This document shows, one piece after another, positions 29,343 through 40,300 of a DNA stretch of 64,000 bases. The translations under genes and the position numbers were made by a program. Under the pieces are notes generated by a model. The model did not search any database. It was given only the letters and a program-made list of their open reading frames with translations, and was not told where the DNA came from. Each line of letters starts with the position of its first letter. Position 1 is the stretch's first letter. The stretch is from Oceanispirochaeta sp. (GTDB lineage Bacteria; Spirochaetota; Spirochaetia; DSM-2461): assembly GCA_963666275.2 (NCBI GenBank), contig CAXXOA010000001.1, positions 384,001-448,000 on the forward strand, in the 5' to 3' direction.

Positions 29343-30832
29343 GATGTTTTCTCCCTGTTTAAAAAGAATACTCCCCGGGGCATCTCCTTATGGGCAAAAC
29401 TATCCGCCATAAAGCTGAATTCCTTCCTATCTCCCTCCGTATCTTGAGAAAGGCTCCGGGATAGCAGCCGGTAGCCGAAATCGTCGTAAAAGAGGGCCAC
29501 GAATATTCGCCGGCCATCAGCCCTCTCATTTAAAAAAGGAATTTTTTTTCCTTCTTCGTTCCTCTCGAAAAGTGACATATTCTCTTCGGTAAGTTCCAAA
29601 ATTAAAATGCGGTAACCCTTTTCCCCCGGATCACTTAACAGCATAAGCTGTCCCTCTAAATCTTCCCACAGTCCATTGTATTGGGCGGAGAACTCTTCCG
29701 TTTCCCAGAGTATGACGGCGGAATGGTCTTCTCCCGGTGACCGGAGGGTAATGCGGCCCATCTCTTTTCTGCTTGCTGTATTTACAAGGGGGACGGATAT
29801 GTCCATGGGGAAGGGGGGGATTTCCTCTCTCGGAATGACCGGTTTTTCCATGGTCTTTTCCCCGGTGGAGTATGAAGAGCTGTCTGAGGTATAGGTAAAA
29901 ATTTTATGAAATATCAGTAACAGGGCCGGGATGGCAATAATCAGAAGAAGAACTTTTACCCACTCGGGCTGGGGCTCTGCTTTGGCCGTCCATATATTGA
30001 CCGTTTGCCAGGCCTCTATTGTTTTTTTTGCCAATTCCAGAGACTTGTCATTCCGGCATTTTCGTTTAAGCTCTCTTAACCCCTTCCGGGCTTCTTTAAA
30101 CCGGCCGGATTCTATTAAATCAATAACCCCGTCTCTCCGGATCAGATAGGCCTCCCGGTCAACGATTCCGGCGGGAGCCTGGTAGTCCAGGTCCCAGTGG
30201 GGCTGATCCATCCGCTTGAATACCTGGCTGAGAACTGCACTGTTCTGTTTGCTGTTAAAGTGAGAGTGGTTTTCGCTCAGGGAGAACTGTTCGTTCAGAT
30301 ATTTGAGAACATCCTGGGGGATATGGGGATGGGAGAGAAGAAAGATCAGGAGAACTTCCCGGTACTGCTCTCTTGCGTTTAGATTGAACAGATTTAAATC
30401 ACAGAGAATCCTCTCCCAGCTTTCTTTTTGTATTCTGTCTGTATAATTATTGTATAGCCGCTGCAGTTCCGACCGGAAGGCACTGGTATCAACCTCTTCT
30501 TCGGATGAGGTATTCTCTTTTCTCTGCTCAGCAAAAGGGGGGCCTGATTCACTGGTTTCTGTTTTTCCGGGGAAGAGAGTCTCTTCTTGAGGGTCCTGCT
30601 CTTCCGTATTCAAACTGAACGGACGGCCGGTAGAGCTGTCCTGAGTCTCTGCCTGCTCCAAAGCCAGCTCATAGGCCCGGCGCAGCTCCTGGAATTCCTC
30701 AGGCTTTTCTTCCGGATTCGTAACCTTCAGTTTTTTGAGATAAGCTCTTTTGATGGCTTTTCGGTCTGCTGTTTTTTCAATTTCAAGGATTTTCCAGCAT
30801 CGGGTCAGGCTCAGTAAGTCATTAAAATCCAT
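29330..30832 (-). CDS. J-domain co-chaperone (DjlB/DjlC-like) with one TM segment
   Basis: CWKILEI...AIKRAYLKKLKVTNPEEKPEEFQELRRAYE, TM segment VLLLIIAIPALLLIF, overlaps hscC. Confidence 0.8.
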   Translation of the reverse strand: MDFNDLLSLTRCWKILEIEKTADRKAIKRAYLKKLKVTNPEEKPEEFQELRRAYELALEQAETQDSSTGRPFSLNTEEQDPQEETLFPGKTETSESGPPFAEQRKENTSSEEEVDTSAFRSELQRLYNNYTDRIQKESWERILCDLNLFNLNAREQYREVLLIFLLSHPHIPQDVLKYLNEQFSLSENHSHFNSKQNSAVLSQVFKRMDQPHWDLDYQAPAGIVDREAYLIRRDGVIDLIESGRFKEARKGLRELKRKCRNDKSLELAKKTIEAWQTVNIWTAKAEPQPEWVKVLLLIIAIPALLLIFHKIFTYTSDSSSYSTGEKTMEKPVIPREEIPPFPMDISVPLVNTASRKEMGRITLRSPGEDHSAVILWETEEFSAQYNGLWEDLEGQLMLLSDPGEKGYRILILELTEENMSLFERNEEGKKIPFLNERADGRRIFVALFYDDFGYRLLSRSLSQDTEGDRKEFSFMADSFAHKEMPRGVFFLNREKTSWQL

Positions 30833-30961
30833 GAGAGTAGAATACTTCCTATTTGAATATTATTAAACGGGTATTTTATTTTAAATATCAGTCTTTTTTC
30901 TTTTCCTGGATCAAAGAAGCTATGAGAACAATCCTCGGTTGAAGAAGGAATGAATATTTTA

Positions 30962-32275
30962 TCAGTCAGGCAGATGAAAGGCCTTTTTCAGATCCTCAAT
31001 ATGCTCTTCCTCCATGATCCTCACGTTGCCCAGCTGCATGGCTCCCAGGACGGCTTTGGCTGTGTATTCGGAAACCTCCAGACGGTCGTAGGCGCTGAGC
31101 AGCGAATCGGATGTCACTATGAATCCGTTATTCTGAATCATAAGGAGAGGATGGGAAGGTGTCAGCTTTTCGGCAATCTGTTCCGGATCTTCTATGGAGG
31201 TGGGGTAGGGGACTGTATCCAGATCCCGCATCAGGATATAGGCTTCCGGGATGATCCGGGAGTTCAGCAGGGTCTCTGTGATATTGAAGGCCATCAGATT
31301 GGGGGGATGGGCGATCAGGATTGCATTAATACCCGGCTGTTTCCTGAATATCTCCTGATGGAGCAGGACTGAGCGGCTGGGGGTCTTGCCGATCTCCCGC
31401 ATGCCCCTGGAAATCAGGACAATATCCTGAGGTACCAGGTACTTTCTGTCGTACCCGTAGGGGGTTATCAGAAAGGAGTCACCATCCAGACGGACTGCAA
31501 AGGTTCCTTCGGTACTTGTAAAAAGGTTCTGGTCGTAGCTCCGGTGGATCAGATCGCACATCTCCTGGCGCAGGGCCCGTTCCCGGCTTCCCGGGACGGA
31601 GGGAACAAACTCGGGCAGCTCGTTGCTCCGCTTCTTTTCGCCCGACTGAAGCTCCTCATCGCTGATCTGCCGGGGAGTTCCCAGTGTGCGCGCCTTGATT
31701 TGAATCCGGGCTGTGTAATCCAGGGTTTCAAACTGCATGAACGCTGTAAAAAGGTCATCCGCCCCGGTAACGGTTCCATGGTTTTCCAGAATCACAATAT
31801 CCGATCCTCCGGCAAAGGCTGAGGCGATCTTGCTTCCCAGATCTTCGCTGCCCGGGACGCCGTAGGGAACGAACTCCACGGGGCCGCAGATCCTCCGTGT
31901 ATTGGGCAGGATGTCTGTCCGGGGGCACATCCCTGCGGCCGAGAACGCCACCAGGGCAGGGGGATGGGCGTGGAGAACCGCCTTCAGGTCGGGACGGGCT
32001 TCGTATATGGCCTTATGAAAGGGATATTCCGACGATGGCTTATGCTTTCCATGAACTGTACCGTCCGGGGTAACCCAGACGATATCCTCCCGGGTGAGAT
32101 TCCCCTTGTCCACGCCTCCCGGAGTGATCCATATAACCCCTTCTTCATCCAGAACGGAGATATTTCCCCCCGAGATGGTGGTCATATCGTACTCATACAC
32201 CCGCTGCATAATCATTACAAGCTGATCCTTGGGATGGAGATAGCGGAATTTGCTGTCATTGTAGGTCTGATTCAT
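30962..32275 (-). CDS. Class II aldolase/adducin-family protein with two tandem domains
   Basis: Domain 1: GGNIS, PSSEYPFH, HAHPP, LENHG. Domain 2: EGTFA, PSRSVLLH, IAHPP, IQNNG. Confidence 0.85.
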   Translation of the reverse strand: MNQTYNDSKFRYLHPKDQLVMIMQRVYEYDMTTISGGNISVLDEEGVIWITPGGVDKGNLTREDIVWVTPDGTVHGKHKPSSEYPFHKAIYEARPDLKAVLHAHPPALVAFSAAGMCPRTDILPNTRRICGPVEFVPYGVPGSEDLGSKIASAFAGGSDIVILENHGTVTGADDLFTAFMQFETLDYTARIQIKARTLGTPRQISDEELQSGEKKRSNELPEFVPSVPGSRERALRQEMCDLIHRSYDQNLFTSTEGTFAVRLDGDSFLITPYGYDRKYLVPQDIVLISRGMREIGKTPSRSVLLHQEIFRKQPGINAILIAHPPNLMAFNITETLLNSRIIPEAYILMRDLDTVPYPTSIEDPEQIAEKLTPSHPLLMIQNNGFIVTSDSLLSAYDRLEVSEYTAKAVLGAMQLGNVRIMEEEHIEDLKKAFHLPD

Positions 32276-32433
32276 GGAAAAACCTCTTTTAGTGTGTTTA
32301 TAACTAAAAGGTTAGTCTCTCGACGGAGAAGTTTCCCGAAACTTTCGGATTATTTATGAAAGTTTTTTGAAAATTGGCAGGAAGAGTTTTTCTTCCCTCT
32401 CCTGTATTTTCCCTTATCAATTCTTTCAAAATC

Positions 32434-33528
32434 TCATAATTCGATGATGTTCCCGTCGGTGGTGACAACCTGATAGGGCTCTCCCCATTCGGGCCAGTCG
32501 CATTTGAAAAACAGGCTTTCACACTCCCGGGTCTTTCCTTCCGTATCCGTAAAGCGGATGGTGAACTTCTTCTGCCTGTAAAGTTCTATATTCCACTGCC
32601 CGTTCTCACTGATCCGGGTGATGTAATAGGCCCGTTTTTCGCTCCCGTCGGTCTGCTCATACACATGGGGATTCAAAGCTATAGTGATATTTTCAGGCAG
32701 CCACGGGAAGATGGCCTCATAGCTGTCCAGCCGGGCCTTGAACTGGAAAACATGGTCCCAGGGAGACCGTATCCAGGCGGTTTCGCAGAGGATGGGCTCA
32801 TCGGTCAGTCCTTTGATGAGAAGGTCAGGCTCATAGATCAGGGTGGAACTTAGCTGATATTCGGAAAAATCATTCCTGATAAGGAGCCCTGCTGCGGTGG
32901 TATAGGTCAGTACCGTTCCGTCCTGGAGAGAGACATCTACAGGAATATCCTGGTTTGTGTAGATGCCCCCTCCGATAGAGACTCTCCAGTGATTGAACTC
33001 CCCCGAGCCGCCATAGGTGGAGGAGGCAAATCCTCCGGTGAGCAGCTCTTTCCCGTCGATCATCAGGGGCCTGTCTTCCCGCAGATAGGGTTCATAGGGG
33101 CTTAAGCTGTCAGATTCCGCTTCTTCGTAGGGTAATTCCGGCTTATAGCTGGTTCTTTCTTCCTCACTCATGGGGCTCCAGTAGGAGTAGATCCGGGGGA
33201 TCGGTTCCCCCAGAAGGGTTATATCCCCTCCTATGCGGGAGCCATCAATGGAGGAAAAGGTATTTTTTCTTTTGTAGTCGATCCAGCCGAAGGGTTTGAG
33301 CTTTACCGGGCCGTATAGGGTCTCGATAGTATGGGGAAACAGGACGAACCCTTCCCCGCGTGTAAGAAAAATTCCAAAAATACTGCTCATATTGTAGATC
33401 AGAAATTTATCCCCGTGGGGGTCTTTAATCGGTTTGATATGAAGAGCAAAGTAGATAAGCATCACTGAGGCGGCCAGGATCCTGAAGTGCTTTATGGTGA
33501 GATTCCTTTTGCATTCTTTTTTTTTCAT
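32434..33528 (-). CDS. Hypothetical membrane-anchored protein
   Basis: 364-aa ORF with an N-terminal hydrophobic helix. ATGA overlap with the upstream ankyrin gene. Confidence 0.7.
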   Translation of the reverse strand: MKKKECKRNLTIKHFRILAASVMLIYFALHIKPIKDPHGDKFLIYNMSSIFGIFLTRGEGFVLFPHTIETLYGPVKLKPFGWIDYKRKNTFSSIDGSRIGGDITLLGEPIPRIYSYWSPMSEEERTSYKPELPYEEAESDSLSPYEPYLREDRPLMIDGKELLTGGFASSTYGGSGEFNHWRVSIGGGIYTNQDIPVDVSLQDGTVLTYTTAAGLLIRNDFSEYQLSSTLIYEPDLLIKGLTDEPILCETAWIRSPWDHVFQFKARLDSYEAIFPWLPENITIALNPHVYEQTDGSEKRAYYITRISENGQWNIELYRQKKFTIRFTDTEGKTRECESLFFKCDWPEWGEPYQVVTTDGNIIEL

Positions 33529-34949
33529 ACCCTGTCACTGCCCTCCGGGTCATGGTACTGACGGATAAGGTTCATCAGGTCGGATCCGTCATTCTTAAAT
33601 TCCCGGTTCCCCTTCAGAAACCGCATGATCCATTCATACTCTTTCGATTTCATCCGGGCGCCTTTTTCCATCAGATAGGCCGCATACTCTTCATTCAGAC
33701 AGAAGACGGCGTATTTCAGAACGGTTATCTCTTTTATTTCAGAACTGTAGGAAAAATCCGCTGTTTCCCGGGTGTTCACATATTGGAGGTCAGCCCCCTT
33801 TTCCAGCAGATAATCGAGGATCTCTCTGTCTACTTTGTAATCAAAGCTGTCGAAGCAGAGACTCCAGCGGGTTTCCGCTCCATTCTCCACCAGCCTCCTG
33901 ACCAGATCTCTGTCAGAGTTCCTGACGGCAAATTTCAGAGCATCTCCGGTTTCCCAGTCTATGTAGGGATATTCCCGGGAAAGGAGGGCTTCAATTTTGT
34001 CGAGATCCCCGGTTCGTACGGCTCTAGTCAGGCCTGTAGAATCAAAGCCGTCCAGTTCAGGATCGATGGCCCCCTGATCCATAAAGAGCTGCTGTATGGG
34101 GATTCTGGCATTGTTATGATTGTATTTGATCAGGGTAATCATGGGCAGGAAACCCTCATTATCCCGGGCATTCAGATCGGCCCCCTGCTGAATCAGGTAT
34201 TCGACCACTTCGGGGCGGGTATTGAATTCGCTTGCATAGATCAGCGGGGTTTTTCCAGTTTTTTCATCCCGGATATCCACATCCACTCCGGCTTCCACAA
34301 GCACTTTAACAATGGGAAGAGATTCAAAATAGACTGCCCCATGAAGGAGAGTGGCACCCCAGCATTCGCCCCTTTTTCCGTCATACTGCCGGTTAAGCGT
34401 TGCTCCATGGTCGATAAAAACTTTCAGCAGATCCGCATAGTTTTCAGAGGTTTCAAGACAGGTTTTATAGAGGTCCGACTGGACACCTGTTTCGGAGAAT
34501 TGTGCTCCCTCGTCAAGAAGAATGTCGGCCATACGGGGCAGGCCTTTTTTCACTGTGTAGGAGAAAGCTGCCTGTATCTGATCTGAAGTATAGCTCTTTC
34601 TCTCCAGAAGCCTTTCAAGGACCTGTGCATTGTTTTCCCCGATGGCCGAGTATAGGCGTCCCTCTCCGGATGCTTTATAAAGGAGCGCCTCCCCATACAT
34701 ACCCGAAAGCAGAACCGCCATAACAACAAAAGGAAGAGCCATCAGGATAAGATTGGCAATCCCTCTTCTGACAAGAAAGGAGACCATAAAAAGTATCAGC
34801 GAGAATATCAGGGCATACACGAAATATTTCCGGGCCGCCGGGAAATATTTCAGCTGGTGGGGCAGCTGCAGAATTTTATGGGAGGTAATGGAAAGAACAG
34901 CAATTTCCAGGGCAATAAGAGTCAGGAAGGCTATCTTTTTTATGCTCAT
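33525..34949 (-). CDS. 3-TM-anchored ankyrin-repeat protein
   Basis: MSIKKIAFLTLIALE... three TMs, then GATLLHGAV, GKTPLIYAS and YLIQQGADLNARD. Confidence 0.88.
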   Translation of the reverse strand: MSIKKIAFLTLIALEIAVLSITSHKILQLPHQLKYFPAARKYFVYALIFSLILFMVSFLVRRGIANLILMALPFVVMAVLLSGMYGEALLYKASGEGRLYSAIGENNAQVLERLLERKSYTSDQIQAAFSYTVKKGLPRMADILLDEGAQFSETGVQSDLYKTCLETSENYADLLKVFIDHGATLNRQYDGKRGECWGATLLHGAVYFESLPIVKVLVEAGVDVDIRDEKTGKTPLIYASEFNTRPEVVEYLIQQGADLNARDNEGFLPMITLIKYNHNNARIPIQQLFMDQGAIDPELDGFDSTGLTRAVRTGDLDKIEALLSREYPYIDWETGDALKFAVRNSDRDLVRRLVENGAETRWSLCFDSFDYKVDREILDYLLEKGADLQYVNTRETADFSYSSEIKEITVLKYAVFCLNEEYAAYLMEKGARMKSKEYEWIMRFLKGNREFKNDGSDLMNLIRQYHDPEGSDRV

Positions 34950-35049
34950 AAATGAAAGAGTTTTCCTTTTTATAGTTTTCAGACTAAGTATAGGAAACAA
35001 TAATTCACTATATTGGTCAAGTGCCCTCCCGGCTGTGGCAGGGGAGACC

Positions 35050-37395
35050 TCAGGGCTCCATGGTCACCGAAATATGCCTGTCTGCCGACAGGCCCCTATC
35101 GTCAAGGAGAATCAGATCGTATTCCCCCGGGCCGGGCTCCCAGTAGAGATCCTCTCCGGGGCCGGATTTTCCCAGGAACTGTCCGCCGGCAAACCAGAAA
35201 AGTTCCCGGGCATCACCGTCGGCGGATCCTATGAGGGGAATCCGTCCGTATCTGTCGTTCTGGGGACGGAGAATGTACTGGGCATTGGCCACGGGAGAGA
35301 GGATCCGGGGCGGCTGGGTAAAGCTGTCGGCTCCTTCCGTTCCGTAGGCTTCCTCGTACTCCGGGGGGACCGGGCGGGGAATCCCCGCCTGCTGGAACAG
35401 GATGAGCAGATCCGAAGGCCAGACCTCCCGGACAACCCTAATGGTATCCTCCCCGGCTCTGCGGGTTCTCAGCCCTGTGTCTTTACGCAGGAATACAGGA
35501 CGGTGGACCCGGCAGGGCGCAATAGGGGATACTCCCGGGATAAACAGGGCCGGTTCGGTTCCGGCACAGTATTCGGTGGGGATCGCTCCCGATACAGAGC
35601 AGACCTCCACCAGTCTGATCCCTTCGGGCAGTCCGGGGGGAAGAGTCTCTTCCACGAGGGGTTTTAACTCCCGGCAGATGGAGAAGAGAAGGGGGCCTGC
35701 GGTTTCCCGTCCCAGAAAGGCCGGATTCCCCTCCCCGCTGAAATTGCCCACCCACACGGCCACGGCATAGGGGCCGTAAAGGCCTATGCTCCAGGCATCC
35801 TTGAATCCAATGGAAGTTCCGGTTTTGTAGGCTACCCGCATTTCTCCGGCAGGGGATGACCAGTCCTGAAAGGGAGGAAAGCCTTCGCCCGGGGGCGGAT
35901 TCCGTTCCAGTATCCTCCGGACAATCCCCGCCGCCTGGGGAGAAAAGAGTGAACCCTCGGGCATATCCTGCAGAACTTCCCCATGGCTGATCATGATATC
36001 CTTCATCTCGCCCCCGTTCGCCAGGGCTGCATACAGGGCTGTGAGTTCCAGCATGGTCAGCTCCGCCGATCCCAGAACCAGGGACAGACCGTAGTAATCC
36101 CGGGGTTTGAGATCTCCCAGTTCCGCTTTTTCAAGCAGTTCGTAGAGGGAGGTCTTTCCCAGCAGGGCATTCAGCTCAACCGCGGGGATATTCCTGCTGT
36201 TGACAAGGGCATTCCATACGGAAACGGGCCCTTTGAAATCTCTCTGATAGTTGTCCGGCGCATAGGAACTGAAATTCACAGGCCGGTCATAGAGGATCGT
36301 ATTGGAATGGATCAGGGAGTGATCCATAGCCAGAGCATAGATGAAGGGTTTCAGGGTAGACCCCGGGGACCGGCGGGAGGCCGCTCCATTGACCATTCCC
36401 TGTATGGACGCATTGAAAAAGCCAGCGGATCCGACCATGGCCCTGAGTTCCATGGACCGGGTGTCCAGGATCACAGCCGCGGCGTTTCTCACCCCTTTCT
36501 CCTTCAGTTTGTCCACATACTCTTTCACCTGCCGGTCCAGAAATTCCTGGAGTTCCCCGTCTATGGTTGTCCTGACTGTCCGGTTTACAGACTCTCTTTT
36601 ATTCAGCATCTCTGTCAGATGGGGGGCTTTGTAGGCGGGACGGCCGATGACTTCCGGCAGCAGGGACAGATGGAAAATCTCATCCTCCCTCCGGGGATAC
36701 ATCTCCTTCCACCGGGCATAGAGAAGGTTTCGGGCATTCCGGGCCTCTTCCGTATTCCTTTCGTACCGGGGATCCCTGTTGAGAGGATCCTGGGGCAATA
36801 TGCATAACAGCATCATTTCGTCCAGGTTCAGTTCCTCCGGAGGACGGTTGAAAAATATCCAGGACGCAGCGGCAAAACCCTGAATATTGCCGCCGCAGGG
36901 AGCCAGGTTTATATAGGCTTCCAGGATTTCCTGCTTGCTGTAGCGCATTTCAAGGGAGAGCGCCCGGATAATCTGGCGGATTTTTCCCGGTATGGAATGG
37001 GTTTCCAGATGGAAATACATTCTTGCCAGCTGCATGGTTATGGTGGATCCGCCGATCCTCCGGTCTTTCAGAATATAGGTATGATAGAAGGCCCGGACCA
37101 GGGCCCGGGGCTGGATTCCCGGATGGGAGTAGAACTGCTGATCCTCCTGAAGGAGGAGGATCTCAAGAAAATCCCGGGGGAACTCCGAGAGATGGGAGTA
37201 CATCCTGTACTGTTCATCTCCGGCGGGATAAATTCCAAGGAGTTCTCCTTCCCGGGAAAAATAGGTCCGCGAAAAGGGGATCCTGTCCAGCAGGGGCGGG
37301 GCTTTTGTAATCAGGGCAGCCATTCCCAGAGAGAGCAGGGCTGCCAGAACCAGAATGACCGGAGTGCCTCTCCCTCCGGGGATGTTCAGCTTCAG
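35050..37395 (-). CDS. pbpC: Penicillin-binding protein 1C
   Basis: Transglycosylase motifs EDQQFYSHPG and GGSTITMQLAR. Transpeptidase motifs STLK, SRN and KTGT. Directly downstream of A2M. Start placed at CTG 37395 so the TM anchor is included (track start is 37323). Confidence 0.9.
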   Translation of the reverse strand: MKLNIPGGRGTPVILVLAALLSLGMAALITKAPPLLDRIPFSRTYFSREGELLGIYPAGDEQYRMYSHLSEFPRDFLEILLLQEDQQFYSHPGIQPRALVRAFYHTYILKDRRIGGSTITMQLARMYFHLETHSIPGKIRQIIRALSLEMRYSKQEILEAYINLAPCGGNIQGFAAASWIFFNRPPEELNLDEMMLLCILPQDPLNRDPRYERNTEEARNARNLLYARWKEMYPRREDEIFHLSLLPEVIGRPAYKAPHLTEMLNKRESVNRTVRTTIDGELQEFLDRQVKEYVDKLKEKGVRNAAAVILDTRSMELRAMVGSAGFFNASIQGMVNGAASRRSPGSTLKPFIYALAMDHSLIHSNTILYDRPVNFSSYAPDNYQRDFKGPVSVWNALVNSRNIPAVELNALLGKTSLYELLEKAELGDLKPRDYYGLSLVLGSAELTMLELTALYAALANGGEMKDIMISHGEVLQDMPEGSLFSPQAAGIVRRILERNPPPGEGFPPFQDWSSPAGEMRVAYKTGTSIGFKDAWSIGLYGPYAVAVWVGNFSGEGNPAFLGRETAGPLLFSICRELKPLVEETLPPGLPEGIRLVEVCSVSGAIPTEYCAGTEPALFIPGVSPIAPCRVHRPVFLRKDTGLRTRRAGEDTIRVVREVWPSDLLILFQQAGIPRPVPPEYEEAYGTEGADSFTQPPRILSPVANAQYILRPQNDRYGRIPLIGSADGDARELFWFAGGQFLGKSGPGEDLYWEPGPGEYDLILLDDRGLSADRHISVTMEP

Positions 37396-37399
37396 CGCT

Positions 37400-40300
37400 C
37401 TATTCCTCCACTGTCAGAACAGACGAGGTCTGAAGCGCATAGGTATCCCTGTCGTACATGGCTTCGGCAAAGAGAGGGGGTACGGTAAACTCACCCGCAT
37501 AGACCGCCCGGACAGGATAGACATACTCTTTGAGGTTTTCGTCGACAGATCCATAGAGAATCAGTCTGTCCTCACGGATATCCGTATAATCGGGGAGGAA
37601 TTTTTCTCCCGACGGGGAGGAGTTGCCCTCCCTGATGCTCTGTGTATCAGGCTCCAGACAGGCTGGGAAGAGATCTACCACTGCCAGATTCGGAACTGTT
37701 CCCTTTGAAAGAGAGCGGACTCTCAGCCGGGCCTGATAGGTTTCACCCAGCTGCATCCGGTTCACGGGATTGCCCTCCCTGTCGGTATACTCCCTGAGTA
37801 TCTCTATTCCCGATGAGACCTCCTGTTCAGGGGGATTCCTGTCAAAACCGCCCAGGATAACCTGATAGTACAGAGGCTGGGAACCGGAGTTCTCAATCTT
37901 CAGTTCTTCAGTCTCTTCGCTGAAGTCTGCGGTTTTGAGAATGTCCCCGGACAGAGACAGAACCCTTTCGGTTTTATCATTCAGAAGGGCCGTCACTTTT
38001 CCGAGGCCCGCATCCATTCTGCCCGCCCTGTCCGAATAGGACTGGATGGCCACCAGGGCCATGGACGCCGAGAAGGTGGTAAAATTGTTCTCCCCCAGTT
38101 CTGCGGCAATGCCGTCAAGAACCTCGGGAGAGACCTGTTTCATCCTGTCCGGAGCGTATCGGGAGAGGATGAGCAGATACTGGCTCAGATAGCTCAGCCG
38201 GTCGTGATAGCCTTCGGGAAGCTCCTCTTTCCGTATATCCCCCCGGACCTCCCGGAGGATCGAACCGGCCTGGGCATCCATCTGCAGAATACTGTAGCTG
38301 GAGGCCAGGTACAGCCCTGTCAGATCGGATTTCCAGTCGAAGGATGTTTCCTTCAGATCCGTTCTGAGTTCCTCCAGAAATCGGGTGGTTATTTTTCCCG
38401 AAGCTGTCAGGAGGAAGGAGGCATAGGAGCGGATCCTGAAATCCTCCCGGGATGTCCCCCCGTATGAGGCCAGGTCTTCCGCCCGGTCCTCTGCCATGTC
38501 ATAGAGCTGGGAGGGAACAAACCGCCCTTTCTGTCTGGCCTCCTGAAGGTACTGGAAGGCATAGAGGTCGATCAGGGGAACCGAATCGGATTTGACCGTC
38601 CACATCCCGAAACCGCCCTCCTGATTCTGCCGGGCCATAAGGATCCCAATGGTACGCCCGTAATCGGCTTCGGCTTTTTCCCTGTCCAGCTCCAGGTTGG
38701 TGACATACCCTTCGAAGAGCTTGGGAAAGGCCATGCTCACAAGCTGTTCCGTACAGGTGTAGGGGTATTCTTCCAGGTAGAATCCGAGTCCTCCGGCCAG
38801 TCCCATGGGCAGGGAGGACACTCCCGCCCGGAGGGTTCTGAAATCGGCATACATCTCCCTCTCCACCGGGACGGTGTCGCTGCCCCTTTTGTTCACTCCT
38901 GTCAGAATCTCTGTCCGGAACGGTACGGCCGGTCGGATACTGAGAGAGTGGGACATCCGGGAGGTTTCCCCTCCCGAGGAGGCTTCCAGAACAAGTTCCG
39001 CCGGGCCCGGAAACTCGCCGACTTTCACAGGAAAGGACACGGTGCTGTCCTTGCCTTCCGGTATGGTAAGAACCTTCTCTGTTTCCTCCGGAGTCAGTTC
39101 CTCTCCTGTGGAGAGGGTCAGGCTGATCCGGGCGTTTTCTCCTGAACCTGTAAAATTGTTGGCCACAGTGGCCTGGAAGAGAAACTCATCTCCCGGGGTT
39201 ACCGCCAGAGGCGCCGAGGGCTGGATAATAAAAGTATCCCTGGCAAAGGCTTCGGACTGGGTGGAACCGATCGCCTCCCGGGAGACGCAGACCGCCATGA
39301 TTTTCAGGGAGCCGTTGAAGTAATCGGGAACTGTATAGTTCACAGACCGGACTTCCCTGTCCGCATCGAGGATCCCCGACCAGAAGACCACAGGAGCCCT
39401 GTCTTTTCTTCTGAAGGGGTTCAGATTGTTTGCCAGCAGGTCCGCCTCCATTCCGCCTCCCATCTCGGAGAACTGCCTGACGATTCTGTATTCGGGCAGA
39501 ATCAGGTCCAGAATCTGGGCTGTTTTGACTTCCAGAGCCCGTTTTCGGAAAAAATAGGCCAGAGGGTCGGGCATGGTGTATCCGGCGACCTGCAGGATGC
39601 CCTGATCCACCGCATAGATAATGATCTTTCCCCTTCTGTTGGAGGAGTACTCAATGGTAAGCTCTTCTCCGGGTTTGACCACTTCCGGATAGTTCAGGCT
39701 TATCTTCTGGGTGCGGCTCTCCTTATCAAGGGAAAAGGGAACCGAACCGTAGGAGAGGGGAGACATGAAAATCTCACGGGAACCGGGGGACCGGATATAG
39801 GAGACTGTGACGTAACCGTTACCCTCCAGCTCTCCTTCGGGAAGGCGGATCCTCTGGACTGTCGAGGTAGAGTCGGTTTTAAACCACTTGTAGGCATAGA
39901 CTTTATCCCTTTCTATGGTTATCAGACCCGCACCGGCATAGGGCGCCGCAATGGAGACTTCAATCGTCTCGCCGCCCTTATAGTCCTGCCTGTCCAGCTT
40001 GATTTCAAGCTCTGCCGACCGGTTGAGCGACCGGGTCAGATTGGTTTCTCCCACTATGGTGTACACCAGACGGGTCAGGACATTGTCCTCCTCATCCAGC
40101 ACTTCCAGCTGATACTTACCGGGTTCGGAGGAATCCAGACTTACAGTCGTCCCGTCCGGGGCAATCGCAAGGGGTTCCTCTTTGACCTCTTTTGTCTGTT
40201 CAATGGACTGATATTTGTACACGCCGCTGGGCTGTTTCACCAGAGTGGAGACATATTCGAACCGTTTCAGAGACAACCTGGTTCCCTCCAGGGAAATCTG

